DNA of 64,000 nucleotides from Phoronis australis (GCA_002633005.1 NMRA01000092.1:777116-841115); one strand, 5' to 3'. Positions 27,311 through 40,442 are shown, numbered from the stretch's first letter. Made by a program: numbers and translations. The notes: generated by a model from the sequence alone, not told the origin.

Positions 27311-30149
27311 CGCGAAATTCCCCCCACGATCTGCTTAGAAATTCCCCTAGTGATTGAAAATTTCTCTCCGAAGTTCAAATCACCTGTAACCACACAGGTG
27401 ACAATTTGAAAGAGCACCAAATGCTACTTGAAACAAAGCCTATGAGAGCTTGTGACAGGGCGGGGGTGCTGTTGATGGTGACCGGGAGGTAGATTTTTCC
27501 CCTCACACGGCGAAAAAAATCCCCTCTCAGAAGGCACAGGCACGTTTCCCCTCGGATGAACGAGGCCCCTAAAGAAACATGATAACTATGCTTGCTCTGT
27601 CCAGTTAACTGAAACTGAGCTCTAAAACCACATTATGCTTTGGAAGAACGAATCAGGTGTTTTAATTTTAAAATTCAACTTGGTCCAGATTGATATTTGA
27701 AACCTAAGACCTGAAATAGACTCACTGGAGGGACGTAAGAATTATTAAAACCAAGAAAGCAGAATTGATGGTCAAATAATTTTTATTTTCAATAACGAGC
27801 CTGGTTTTTTATTTTAATAAAAATATATATTTAATAACATCAATTTTTCTTTCAGATCTATGACAAATCAACTGTTAGTCACAGTACCTAGGCTATGCTT
27901 GATGTTAATATTCTTGATCAACAAATTAAACCAGATATGACTAAATGCACAACAATACGAGCAGATGACCTGGTTCGTGTAGAAAGCATTATCAACTGTA
28001 CAATTTACAAGAAAAATGTAACTCTGCATTTACCATAATACCTTATCCGTAACACTACGGTCGTCGCCATTTGGTCATATTTACTTTTTATATTTCGAAC
28101 CTAGTTTTCCAAAAAAAGATATCCTTTCATCAGACAACTTTTTGGTGCATTGACTTGTTCTCTAATGTATTTTTCAACGTCTCTGTGGTTAATTATCGAC
28201 ACATTTTTAAGATTTAATGTCCAGGTTAGACTCGAAAGACTAGCTATATAACTCATGCAATGTCAACTTCCGCTTTGTTTATCGCAGTGAGCCTCGCTTT
28301 GGATATTAATGTCCGCCGTGTAAATTAGGTATACGTTCTCGTTTTTGGGATGTTGAATTTACGGTTGTAACATGCAGTGCTATAACAGAATGTTTAATGA
28401 TGCTGACAATGTAGTCAATAGTCAAAATAAGGTAAAAGGTGATTTTAAGCATTTTAAGACTTGTTTACACTTGAAATGGAGTGATTCACTTCCGTGTTCG
28501 CAGCATCGGCCGCAAAGTAAGACAGAAACTTAATTGTGATTTTCATTGTTCAACGGCGGGTTCGTACTCTAAACCCTTTAAAACATCAACGTAATGGATG
28601 CACTACAGGAAGACATTGTGAGCTAAGTGGAGTTCGTGCCGAGCTATGAATTCACAAATGTTTCCGTCTCCACTGATGGAAGGAAGATCTAGGAGATGCA
28701 CTTACTGCACTGGGATCCAAACCAGCAGATTACTAAAATACATGATTTTTTCAAATGGTCTCGCACACATTAGTGGTATTATTATTTTAATAAAAACAAC
28801 AAGTTTCAAATCGTGACACGTTTCGTGAGAACCGTCCCACATCTTCAGATGTTTATTCTCACATAAGTAGCCAAGATCCGTATACAAAGAAAATCAATGC
28901 ATTGCTACACCGTTAGTGTGCCAATCCAACTGTTGTTGTATCTATGTTCTGATGCTCTTTGTATACAGCTCTTAGCTAGTAATTTGAGAATAAACGTCTA
29001 GAGATGTTGGAAGGTTCCCATGAAACATGCCACGATTTAAAGCGGTTGTTGTTTTTATTCAAGTAATATGGAAGTTTTATGTTTACAAACGTCAACAATT
29101 GACCCGAGGGTACTTCATAGGTAGTTTACGACATGAGTACATGACGGGTTGGTAACTACCACAAAAGGGGGTACTTGACGAGCCAGGCAGTCTGCTAAGT
29201 ATCCACTGATGTGTATTTCAAAGCTGGAAAATTTTGAAGAATAAAATAGACAACACAACAGATATTTACATTTTAATTCAATAAATAAGGACTTTGTAGG
29301 GTTTATCTCTTACAGACAAATTATATTACGGGGAAGAACCTCCATGCTAGAATGACTTTTTAGGGTGAACTTTTATCATGCAGACTCAGTAAATGGAAAA
29401 CCTTGTGGAGTGGCTGTTGTTGCCGCGACCAAACAACACGCGTGCGCAGTAAAATTTGAACTGTAATAATAAAATTGCTCTATTCTTGAAATACTTACTC
29501 AAATTTGAACACTGCAGAAATGTATACCCAAGTGCTTTAACCTTTATTTCACATATTTTACAAATCTCAGTTATCATGCAGATTTCACACGGCTACAAAA
29601 AATTACATGCAAATAAAAAGGGCGCACCAACCTAGTGAAAAGCACCTTACACATGTATTGTCGACCCAACGTAAAATGATGATAAGGATTTCAGTTTTCA
29701 AACTGCCCCAAAAAGCCGTAAAGCAGTCATTGCTTCACGACATTAACAACTTATCAAACATTTGAACATGATTTATTTCAAATACCGCATTATTTAATTT
29801 GAAAAATTGTCGCTTTTGCACTGAGTATATTTTGTTGATTTGGCGTATAATAAAATTGCGAGACATCAAATTTCACAATTCTTTCATATACAATACGCAA
29901 ACCCAGATGTAGGCATTAAGTCCATAAACCAAACGCCGACTTAACAAAGCCAGTAAACTGGTAAACATAGATAAAGCCATTAAAACATAAAACTAACATC
30001 GTGAAACGAAAATCAGTCTCTAAGTACTCCTTTGTGGTTGAGACGTTCAAATGCCTACTAGGCGAGTGGTGACACAAGAACGTCAAAGCTGTCATCCAGT
30101 AGACCACTAAAAGGATTTGGAAGATCGACAGCAGTGACTTGTCAGGTTC

Positions 30150-30630
30150 ATTCAAGGCGTTAATGTACCAAAATGGGTTTCTCCCAAGTATGCTGTGGAG
30201 TTGATGTTGTATGAAGAGTCTTTAACAGCAGTCGATTCGATACGGCGGAAAACTAGTAGCACGCTATGGCAGTGGCTTGAAGTACCACCCAGGTTTTCAC
30301 GGGATCGCAGATAGATGGTGCAGGATGAAAGTCAGACAGTCTGATGGAGCAGTGCGTCGAGTCACATGGCTGGCTTGGACACTGAGGAGGGAGTTTGGAC
30401 AAGGTGGAACCTACCTGAAAGGCGCGTGACAAGGATAGAGCTGTGGAGGGTGGAGTCGCTACGCATCACATTCCTGTTGAGATCTGTTCATGATGTTTTT
30501 CCATCACCAGTGAAACTGCCGGTTGAGACTTGCCAAAGATCCAAAGTCTGAATTTCGTGGTGGGACCGATACACTTGCCCATGTTTTGACTGGCTGCAAC
30601 GTTGTTTTCAAGCAAGATAGGTACACATGC
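30150..30630 (+). mobile_element. Decayed RLE-type non-LTR retrotransposon fragment (HERO/NeSL-like; RT C-terminus to zinc-knuckle region)
   Basis: Frameshifted translations LMYQNGFLP..MLYEESLTAVDSIRRK...WLEVPP, GVWTRWNLPERRVTRIELWRVESLRITFLLRSVHDVFPSP and GTDTLAHVLTGC...QDRYT resemble this clade (recognised from memory, not searched). Confidence 0.75.
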
Positions 30631-31218
30631 TCTGCCCGTCTGGCTAATCTCCCATGTTCTCGCCGTTCGGGAAAGGAAAAGGAAGTCAATCTACTCGTAG
30701 ACTGGGGGTGAGGATGCATAGATAGAATAATGTTTGCAGAGGGACAATCGATCAAAACCAGCCTGGACGTGTGATTAGCCATCACTGTGAGCCAGCCAGT
30801 CGAGATTATTATGGGTTTAGGGTCTGAACTTGCAAGGAAGCTGGATATCCATCTGTTGATGTCGACATGACCGAATGAGCAACAGCCATTAACGAAAAAT
30901 AACCACCAATCGACCCACCCCTAACAGGGTTAATCAACCGAGGCACAATGGGACCAGCGACAACGATATCTCTGGAGGTAAAGAAATCCTTGAACCATTG
31001 ACGTTCAACAGTTAATAATACTGTCAATAAACTGTTGTCACGCATGGAATCATAGTTGAATTCAACTTTTATTTCACAAACTAAGATTCAACATTTTCAA
31101 CAAAAGATGACGTCATCTAATGCTGACATTGCAGCACGTGTTAGAACGCTTGTTGGATTTTACATCAAGTTTTGTAGACGTGTTTATGTAGTGTTCTCAT
31201 ATAAATCAATCGAAAATT

Positions 31219-31963
31219 ATGGCGACTACAAATTCAATTCCGATTCAACAATCAAATGAGTATGGCGGAAATAATTTTTTCAAAGATGTATCCGAAAATC
31301 ATGATGGAGAGCGTTCGCGTGCCAAATGTCGAAGCCAAATTAATTCTTACAGCGGTACGTCAACTCAAATAATCAACGAGAAGTTTCATCATTTAAAGCA
31401 CCATGATCCAAGTGGGCAAACTACTGGCAGGGAAGCCACATTATCCATAAGTGAAGATGGACGGCAGATGACCAAAGTTTTGACTAGTGCAAGGTTAGAC
31501 TGTGGCAAAGAATCGAGTAGCAACCCTACCGAGTTAAAGGAAGGAGCGAATCAGGCACGTTACAAACAAACACAAGTTCACGCTGGTGCGATGAGAACTC
31601 ACAGTCCTCCAGTCAGTAAGAACTTGACATCTTTGCACAACACGCCGAAGTACGGGTACGCAAATGAGCAACCACATCGTCCAGTCACGCTAAGCTTCCC
31701 ACATCTCAACAAACCAGGACAGCCCAATGCTGCAAAGGTACTGGGTGAGGTGAAGTTAGCTTCGGGATCGCAGCCTTTGACTTCTATATGTCTGACGCGT
31801 GTGAACTCTGTAGGTGCAATGCCGGCACCAAAGAGTGGCCAAAAACCTTTGTTCACTTTCAGTCTCGCCAGACCGCCAGCGTCTTACGCACCTAATACTT
31901 TCGCCGCAATACCAGTTACCGGTTTAGAAGACGACGATTCTTCTCCCTGCAATGTCTTACCAG
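31219..31963 (+). CDS. SoxH: SoxH/Sox30-like transcription factor, exon 1 (low-complexity N-terminus)
   Basis: 278-codon ORF with CCAG|gtgagg donor, phase 1, in frame with the HMG exon. Confidence 0.75.
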
Positions 31964-32123
31964 GTGAGGGGCGGCTTTGCAGAGCTGGAAAATGTCTAAC
32001 AAGTAGTGTGCGCTCGACACAATTCCATTTTTCATACCTGGGATTATTGCCATAAGAGTATCACTCTTTTATGGATTTTACTGAACCGGTTTTATGTTTA
32101 TATCAAAAGGTAATTATTTGTAG

Positions 32124-32378
32124 GTACAAATTCCATTTATCGGACGCCAGGTGCCGTTAACATCAACCGAAGCGGTAACGTAAAGCGACCAATGAACGCC
32201 TTCATGGTCTGGGCCCGGATGTATCGGCCACAGCTGGCAGCTCAGTTCCCAAACGCGAACAACGCGGAGATAAGTGTGCGCCTTGGGCAAGTGTGGAACG
32301 ATATGAATAATGACCAGAAGAAACCGTTTTACGAGGAGTCGGAACGAATAAAGAACCGCCACAAAATGGACCATCCTG
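32124..32378 (+). CDS. SoxH: SoxH/Sox30-like, exon 2 (HMG box)
   Basis: [41 protein letters not shown]...KKPFYEE; WAR..RP.LA...P.ANNAEISV is diagnostic of Sox30/SoxH; ttgtag acceptor, CCTG|gtttgc donor. Confidence 0.95.
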
Positions 32379-32487
32379 GTTTGCAACTTAACTGTTTACG
32401 ATGTATTGGTGGTAATTCAAACATGAAAACATGCCATATTGCCACCAAAATATGCAAAACAAAAATATTCTTCATGTGATTAAGATN

Positions 32488-32684
32488 AAGTGTGGAATGA
32501 TATGAATAATGACCAGAAGAAACCGTTTTACGAGGAGTCGGAACGAATAAAGAACCGCCACAAAATGGACCATCCTGGTTTGCAACTTAACTGTTAACGA
32601 TATATTGGTGGTAATTCAAACATGAAAACATGCCATATTGGCACCAAAATTTGCAAAACACAAATATTCTTCATGTGATTAAGA
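32488..32684 (+). other. Duplicate of 32289-32486 immediately after a single N; probable assembly overlap
   Basis: ~197-bp near-identical copy with a few substitutions, separated by n at 32487. Confidence 0.85.
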
Positions 32685-33226
32685 CATCGCTTGGCGGAAT
32701 AAAATTCCCCAAGCATCGCATGTTACTGTGTCGTAAAGTGACTTTTTTGTTCTCTCGATACATGTCGTCTTCGATTGACTTGAAACTTACACACAAGGCA
32801 TTACTCTTTAATAGCTTGAGGCCTCTTATTTTTGTTGATTACAGACAAAAGATGGCGATGTGACGGCCATTTTATAAATTCCTGCTTCGCCTCCTTTGAA
32901 CTATTCTCCTCAAATTTGGTACGCAGACAGATCTCATCAAACGCCCTCTCAAATGTGTTTCTCTCTACGACTCATTGTTCTCTAGTAATTTGACATTTCC
33001 TACTGACTGCTCACCAAGGGGTTGATTTGTTGTGGTATTGTTCAGTTGAGCTTCCTGGGGATCACTCGGGATCTCGTAAGAAGCTACCAAAAATGCACAA
33101 GCCGTTTCTCGCTCTGACTATTTGTTCTCGAATTAGTTCAGATTTACTGACGACTAAGATCGGACGCTGGTGCATTTCTCGGACTCCAGTAGTGCAATTG
33201 TCGTATCAAGGGGGTTCAAGGACAAC

Positions 33227-33470
33227 GCATGCGCGCACCCAGCCTAAAATATAAGGGGGCTCAAAATTATCGATATAGGGACGTTTTACTGAAAAAAAAC
33301 GAAGACTAAAAACAAAACGGGGCCACTAGATTCAGGCCTACGAATCGTGCATCTGCGCCAATTTCCTGTGTCTTTTGTGGCTTTTTGTGTCGTTTACTTG
33401 GATTTTTTTTCACTGAGGCGGACCTTTTTGCCCAATTCGCCAAATTGGGGGGAGGGGGGGCACCCTTTCC
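33227..33470 (+). mobile_element. CATGCGCGCACCCAG MITE family, copy 2 (3' truncated)
   Basis: gcatgcgcgcacccagcc...ggacctttttgccca...ggggg shared with 53212-53458. Confidence 0.6.
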
Positions 33471-34136
33471 TGTCATTTCCTCAATGGACAAGCATGAAAC
33501 TTACACACAGCATGTAACCATAATCTAACCCAGCAACAGCTCAAAGAGAATACTTTTTGGTCGAAATGGGATACAAGATGGAGCTATCATCAGCTACATT
33601 TTCTGACAACTGTTTTTTATTCATAGACTTTCTTGTTGATTAATCCCCGTGGTTATAGTCTTTATCAATTATATCATCACTGTTTAACGATGATGACGAT
33701 GATATTGTCATTTTCAGCGTCATCGGAGGTGTTGGTGACGTCATCGTTCTTAGTTTCGACGTTGTCATGGTCGTCTTTACAAAGCATGACCGTCAGTCGC
33801 CTTGCGGCGTTGTTTGCATTGTCGTTGGTTTCATGTCAGAGACGTGGACAATATTTGCGGCTTTGTAATTGATATCAGTGCATCAGTGTTGTCATCAGCA
33901 TTGATGATGACGTCGTCGTCTTCGTCAATAATTGCCGATGTTTTTAATTCTATCGGCAGCATTGTCGTTAATTGTTTGCTCGACAATATCGTGGTTTTTG
34001 GAGGTCGTGAGAGTTGTCGCCTTTGATTTCGTTGCCATCGTTTTCACAGTCCCCTTTTGTGTTGCTTTCACCAATTGTCGTTCCTTCAGAGCACTTTCAT
34101 ATACCAATGGTTGTGTTTTTGTTACCCGATACTCAG

Positions 34137-34394
34137 GGTGGGTGTACAGACCACAGCCGTCGCGGAAACGCAAGACAGAGCCCTTCGCCAACCAGACTCT
34201 ATGGGCACGCTTTGGCTTCTCATCAGTAGCCAACAGTTCGTCCACGATGTCCAGCACGTCACTGCCCACCAGTACTCAAGCGCCAGCTGCAGTGTCGTCG
34301 GCTCACTCAGTAACTTCCGCTGGAACACCTACCACGGTGACCATGCCACTTGCTGCAGACAACGCCATGCGTGCGGCTCAATCGAGACAATGTG
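34137..34394 (+). CDS. SoxH: SoxH exon 3 (end of HMG: GWVYRPQPSRKRK; S/T-rich region)
   Basis: actcag|GG TGG completes HPGWVY, matching the Sox30 FPGWVYQP-KRK pattern; donor gtcagt, phase 1. Confidence 0.9.
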
Positions 34395-34578
34395 GTCAGT
34401 TTAAAAATTAAAATTTCTCCCTTTGATAAAATTGTGCTCGCGTGTGTTCGTAGCTGATCAAGACATATCTTATTCTCAACACTGCATTGATGACTGACTG
34501 CAGTTCAGTCTCAGTGATCATATTTTTCTAATCGTCATTGAAAATGACGCTAATCAAAGTTCAATTCTTGTTCCTCAG

Positions 34579-34749
34579 CCTCTGTACAAGGTCCCATGCA
34601 GTACACATTGGTAACTCATCAGCCGAACCATCACCCATTACCCGTTACCAGCAATTTCAAAATTGTGAATAGAGTGCAGACTCCTCAACAGCCGTCATCA
34701 TTACCAATTACCACTAGGGGTCGCCCGCCATCAATGTCCGTCAGAACAA
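34579..34749 (+). CDS. SoxH: SoxH predicted exon 4
   Basis: ttcctcag acceptor, gtaagt donor, 171 nt, open in phase 1-1. Confidence 0.7.
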
Positions 34750-34954
34750 GTAAGTCGGAATGCTTGTAACTTAAGCGGCGAATTTCAAGCAGTGCAAACT
34801 CAGCAAAAACATTTAGTCATGTGAAGATGAAAGGAATAGAGTTAAAATTAGTAGGCTCTAATAATGAATTCTTAAACTACAAAATTCCGTAATAAATGTG
34901 TTTATTAGTGCAGAATCAGAACAGTCTCGTGTACCTTTTTTACTTCTGTTTTAG

Positions 34955-35052
34955 CCAACTTCCAAACATTCAACACCCAAGGGCGTCAAGTTCTGTACAC
35001 GCCGGCTTACCCTGCCGCTAAACACGCCCTGCAGACCACCAACAGAGACCAG
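34955..35052 (+). CDS. SoxH: SoxH predicted exon 5
   Basis: ctgttttag acceptor, CAG|gttggt donor, open in phase 1-0. Confidence 0.6.
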
Positions 35053-35612
35053 GTTGGTCTGCCAGATAGAGGGCTGACTGTCACGTCTGTGACGCAGAGG
35101 TAATTAAGACTCGTTGTAGAGCGATCTCGAGTTGTCTGGCATTGTCGGTTAGCATATAAGCATCACTGTCGAGTTGTAGCTTAATTGATGTCCGGTTTAG
35201 TCTAAATACACTTACTGTACTTCGTCCGTGAAATAATTGGTTCCGCAAAACTTTTGAAAATGAGCGCTCGAGCAGATATATTGCATAATCGAACACCCAA
35301 AACTTGTGAATAAGCTCCCCTTATAAAAACCACCACTAGAAGTCTTTCGGATAAGCCTAATACAAGGTCACTCATTTAAAGCTTGTGGATGTCCCGTAAG
35401 AGCCATCTTTAGGGCACACTCGCTCGTTTTAAAATTGAAGTTAACGAACTTTTAAATTAAGAAAATAAGAAGAGACAAGTAAATTTCAGATACGAGTAAT
35501 TTACCACTGTTTTCGAAGGAACGTTTCCCAGGAGCATCTTTTATAAATTAAAAAGAGACGCAATCATGCTTAAGAAAACCAAGGGAATTCCGAAATTAAA
35601 TATCCGGTACAG

Positions 35613-35660
35613 GGAAACCATGATGAAATATATGCCGAGGAAATCTTGGTGATGAACGAG
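35613..35660 (+). CDS. SoxH: SoxH predicted exon 6 (GNHDEIYAEEILVMNE)
   Basis: cag acceptor, GAG|gtaagt donor, 48 nt, phase 0-0. Confidence 0.55.
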
Positions 35661-35749
35661 GTAAGTGAGACGGCAAACGGAAATTGCCTTCCCTGCCGAA
35701 ACCAAAGGATTTCATTGCTGAATAATTAATTTTGCCAATTAGTTCAAAG

Positions 35750-35945
35750 CCTGCGCAGTCTTCAACATCGTTACGAAACAAACACGCTGTCAACTTTCGG
35801 TGGTGCAAGGACGAGCCCATGGCTTTGGAAGAGGACGATGACGACTGGCCGTTTCCGTTTCCTGCCATACCGAACCCATACTGCGAAGATTATGATTACG
35901 CAGAAAACGCAGCAGGAATGGGAACATTTAAATACGTGCTGTCAG
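35750..35945 (+). CDS. SoxH: SoxH predicted exon 7 (acidic/aromatic: EEDDDDWPFPFPAIPNPY)
   Basis: Open coding-like frame; acceptor ambiguous (35750 or 35759); TCAG|gttttg donor, phase 1. Confidence 0.5.
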
Positions 35946-36540
35946 GTTTTGGCATTTTTATACTGTCCATAGACTCATAATAAAAATTCAGTATTAAAAA
36001 TGTGAGACCTAAAAAGGATAACATGTAGCTCAGCCGTATCCTCAATGTAGATTCAGCTGGTTTCAATACTTTAATACTTGGGACATTAAACTCGCGCTTT
36101 CTTCCAAAAAAGTTTTGATTTAGGTCACACACCAGTGTGAAATTAATTTCCTCAACTTGTTTCTTAGCCAAATTAGAGATGATTTCAGGACTGCAAAAGA
36201 GCTAACAATAAGTTATTATTTGAGACCAAGGTCGTAAAATTTCTGGTTATTCCGGGACCTGAAATTTTTGGCTTGATCAGAAGAGCGGACTGTAAGCTCT
36301 TCCCTAGCCCATAGACCACTTACTGAGTAAAGAGTAAGACAATATCAATTTTATTGTGGTAAGTGGCCTAAATCGAAACTTGTTTTTTGGCAGAAAGCAG
36401 GGGTTCAGTGCCACTTGGAATTACTTGTGTTTCCATGTTTATACTTATTCATGGGCTGTGGTGCAGGACTTAGACATACCAAGTTAGAAATGCCTCATCC
36501 ACAAACGAAAAAGTGAGATCTTTCAAATTTAACGTTGCAG

Positions 36541-36697
36541 TTAAGTCCCATCATTGTCATCCAGTGCAGCAATGTAACATTGTTTTACCAGACGATGAAG
36601 ACTACAACAGCGACCCCTATGATGCTTTCTGCGCCGGCTATGACTCGGAGGAAGAGGAAGAAGCTTTTCAAATCGACAGCAAGTTTGATCGCAAAGG
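36541..36697 (+). CDS. SoxH: SoxH predicted exon 8 (acidic)
   Basis: ttgcag acceptor, GG|gttagt donor, phase 1-2, DDEDYNSDPYDAF...DSEEEEE. Confidence 0.6.
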
Positions 36698-38075
36698 GTT
36701 AGTCGCAAGTTAATAACATTCTCGCTCATCTACTGTCTCAAGAACATGTTTTAAATCATGTTAGAGATGAGATCAGTGCTATACACGTCGGCGGGAAATC
36801 ATCTGCCGCGGAAACTTTTTCTACGTCTATGGCCAGTCTCATTCGACAGTCTTTAAAATGATCTCACTGTCACACGCACGTACTTGAGATTATATGTTCC
36901 TCAGTCACAACTAACGTCACTCACTACATGAAGGTTGGACAATAAAAAACGGTTTGCTCAGAAATTTCTACTCAAATATGCATGGAACCCTACAGCATCA
37001 GTCGAACTATCCTTTTTCACTTTATCACATCAAATTGCTTTCGAGTGGTGATTTAACGACAAAAATGTCAAAAAAAACACATCAAGATCGCAAACTCAAC
37101 GAGGCTATTTTGTGACGTTCACTGCAGGTGGCCTTCGTACACATCCAGATTTTTCACGGATGCTCCGGAAGCAATTCCGAAGCACTGGTTTTGCACGCCC
37201 ACGGATATTATTTGAGTGCCCTACACATACATGTAACCACATAATTTAGTGTCAATTTGAATGTATTTAAACTTTGGTTTTGTAAAACAACGCCGTTTAT
37301 AATCGAAGAACCATGGATTGCTGGCTACTAAGGTAGGTCTACTGCGAAATTCGGCAGTTACCGATAGATGACATCCCGCTACTAAACCTGAGATCAGACT
37401 TCGGAAATCTCCGTCAGAAGCCGAGTGTTCGTCGTGCTTCAACCAAACAGTAGCACATGATGTCAGGATCAAACACAAGATACGTCAGTTTTTGCGATTA
37501 AATTCTAGATTAAGTAATATGATAAGCTATAAAAAAGCACATTAACGATAAATGGAATACTAACTTTAGTAATCTTAATCATTTAAACTGGGGAAAATTT
37601 TCGTCTCTTTGACATAAATGTAGGGTTTGCTTGCTCAAACTCGAAGTTTTATCTCCCACAGGCGTGTAACTTAAAGCACAGCTGAAATCCGCCATGTTAA
37701 CCATTTAGCCTACGTGAATTCAGTTTTCTGATTGTTTTGGAAATTCCGTCCCCAATTCACCACTCACAAGGACAGTATAATGGGATCCAGGGAAGATAAG
37801 GCTTCGGAGGTTTATCCAATAACAGTCTGTGGGAGGCGCACGCTGATTTTATTTGGATTTGGAACAGTTGAAATTGGGAGACTATGCTCAGCAAAGTTTT
37901 AGTGTCCAACCTTTATGTTTCTTATACGATTATGAGTCATCAGGAAATTCGTCTGTCTGTGCTGTCACTCGTCACTTAAAAACAAACTTTTGAAAAAATC
38001 CATCGTATATCCTTATTGACAAGTAAAAGTAACTGACAACCAATGGTGCGTCTGAAATCTCGCTTGTTTCAACAG

Positions 38076-38163
38076 ATGGACGCGGTACATGTCAGGTCAG
38101 GAGGACGACCTGGAGAACGCTTTCATGCGGGAAAACGAGGAGTGCGAGAAGGAAAACCAGCAG
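38076..38163 (+). CDS. SoxH: SoxH predicted exon 9 (WTRYMSGQEDDLENAFMRENEECEKENQQ), GC donor
   Basis: tttcaacag acceptor, phase 2; ends CAG|gcaagt, phase 0. Confidence 0.55.
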
Positions 38164-40229
38164 GCAAGTACTCTGTTGAAACTTATTGTGACGTGTTTGT
38201 GACGTTAGAACTGAACACGAGACAATCCAAAGGTGTGCCCAACATGGAGTCTGGTTACATATTAATTAAACAGTTTTATTTACGTCGCGGATCATGCACT
38301 TTCAAAACACCCCATTTCTGCGATAACTTAGTAGCACTAATAAACAGAAAAAGTAGTTATAAAGGTAGTTTGAAAAGCTTTCGCGTTCAATGCTTCTTTA
38401 AGATAACCCTAGAGCGAGTGTTTTCTTTCTCTTCTTAAAAAACTCTGATGGAAATAAATGCGTTCTTTCAAAAATAAGAACAGCTACAGGCATAAAAGTT
38501 GAAGTAACTGGGCAAATGGCCTACTAAATTTAAATTCTGAGTACTGCAGAGTGAGCTTATGTCTTTGACAAGAATCTCCTCTGTGTTCAGCGAACCAAAA
38601 AACAGTGCTTATTTTTAAATGGTGGGGTGCACTAGAGCGTCAATTCACCGAGGCTTGGCTTTACTCAATTAGTTCAGATAGAATTACATGCGCACTGGAT
38701 CCTTTCCACGGGCACTAGCAAATCTTGTCGTCTGCTCATTGTGACCTTTGTTCTATTCTCATTTTGTCGCATAGGAAATCTTATTCAACAATTTGAATAG
38801 AAACAGAACCAGCGATAAGTGATTCTGAACTTTTTTGACATTCAAGTATCATTCGTCAACAGACACACGGAAAGTAATGAAATGATTTGATAACTGATGA
38901 GCGATTAATGCCTTGGGGCGTGATGTGAGAGCTTGATTATTGCGCCATGTTGTGACAAATATTATCGCGCCATGTTGTGACACATATTGTCGCACTCGAC
39001 ACTTTTTCTTTCTTATGCAACAACCAAACCCTCATATTACGTCACTGCCGCAAGAAAAATGAAAGAGTAACAACGTGAAGGGTGAGGAAACATTGAGTTC
39101 AGTAACTAGAACCGGTATCGGATGAGAGGGGGCTTAGAGCCCAGATTCCGGCGATTGATTTTCTGAACAGACGGTGAGGCCGGCTGTGCGCATGCAATAG
39201 CGCTTTGCACAATTGCTCGATTCAACATGTTGCCCCCCTTATGGTATCCTAGACCCGCCACTGCATTATTAGGTATCAGATCTTGCTTAGTTACATTTTA
39301 TTATTTTCATATTCTGTTGACATAAGGGCAAAAAGTTAAAAATTTCTTATAGCCGATTCTTTCTCGTTATATCTTACTCGCATACTGGCAAAAAAGTTCA
39401 AGTGTGGGTCGAGATTACCTCATTTAGTTATACATTTGTCTTTTATTGTCTCCAGTTTGAATGGTATGCGTGTCGTAATGGTATGCGTGTCGCTATTTAT
39501 TTTCACTGGAATATTTGTCACTCTCCCTTTCTGCCAGTGATATTCTTTCACCCTATTCCATTCCTTGAATACTTGCATGCGGGTACTATCATGGTAAACA
39601 AAATGTATACGAGCGGATGTTTATGCAATCACTAGGACCATTGAGCACATACAGGTCATTACATAAATTAACTATGGTCGCTTTGAGGAGTTCTATCGAA
39701 CACTTTCGGCCCACCTTATCCTAAAAAATTATTCCAACACCCCTGAAGCGGCAAGTGTGTATTTATTATTGTTTTAGCAAACAAATGCATTTACTCATAT
39801 TCGCTTTCAGTATGTAGCCATTACTCATTCCAACTGAAAGGCAAAAGACCGAGACACATTTCACGACATAAAAAGCAGGTTGGGGCCGGCAGGGGTCCGT
39901 TGGTATGCAACACTCTAGTTGATAACTCGTGCTAAACACATTTAATTCTTAAACCAACACTAGCGTAGTACTTAGATCCGGTCAGAGTATCAGGCTCCAC
40001 ATGTAACCAGAGGTGTAGTAATTCATATCGAAAAAATGATATTATCTTACATTTCAATGGCCTCTTCTTCCCTCCTTCCTCGTAAATTGCCCCTTTGTCG
40101 AACTATTTATTTGAGCAGACTCCTCAATGGTGTCGACTTTCATGACATGTTGTTTGGCCGTGAACTCGTCAAATCCTGCACGAGACGGCCACGCCACCTG
40201 GTGACTGATATTTAAACGCTCACTTTCAG

Positions 40230-40442
40230 GAGGTGCCCCCGAGTTCGTACGTCGACGAGAGCACGGTCATGGAGCAACACCTGGCTTCAAGGTTATTGAA
40301 TTCCTACACAAAAGTTGATGACGTATGTCCACAGTTGGTGCCAACGTGTAAAAACGAGGAACCTGATGACATACAGATGCAACCGCCGCGTAAACGTGCT
40401 CGACTGGAGAACGTCGAAAACACTACATTCATAAATTTATGA
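40230..40442 (+). CDS. SoxH: SoxH predicted last exon (PPRKRARL NLS-like motif); assembled protein ~740 aa
   Basis: cactttcag acceptor, phase 0; TGA at 40440-40442; AATAAA at ~40829. Confidence 0.6.
   Translation, partial: EVPPSSYVDESTVMEQHLASRLLNSYTKVDDVCPQLVPTCKNEEPDDIQMQPPRKRARLENVENTTFINL

Noticed and set aside
28560-28730. GRSRRCTYC, a piggyBac-like Cys motif
   Set aside because: Too short and interrupted by stops to support a call
33633-34136. Several overlapping ORFs, including a hydrophobic in-frame extension of SoxH exon 3
   Set aside because: Degenerate GTC/ATC/GTT low-complexity intron sequence; the acceptor at 34136 completes the HMG box exactly
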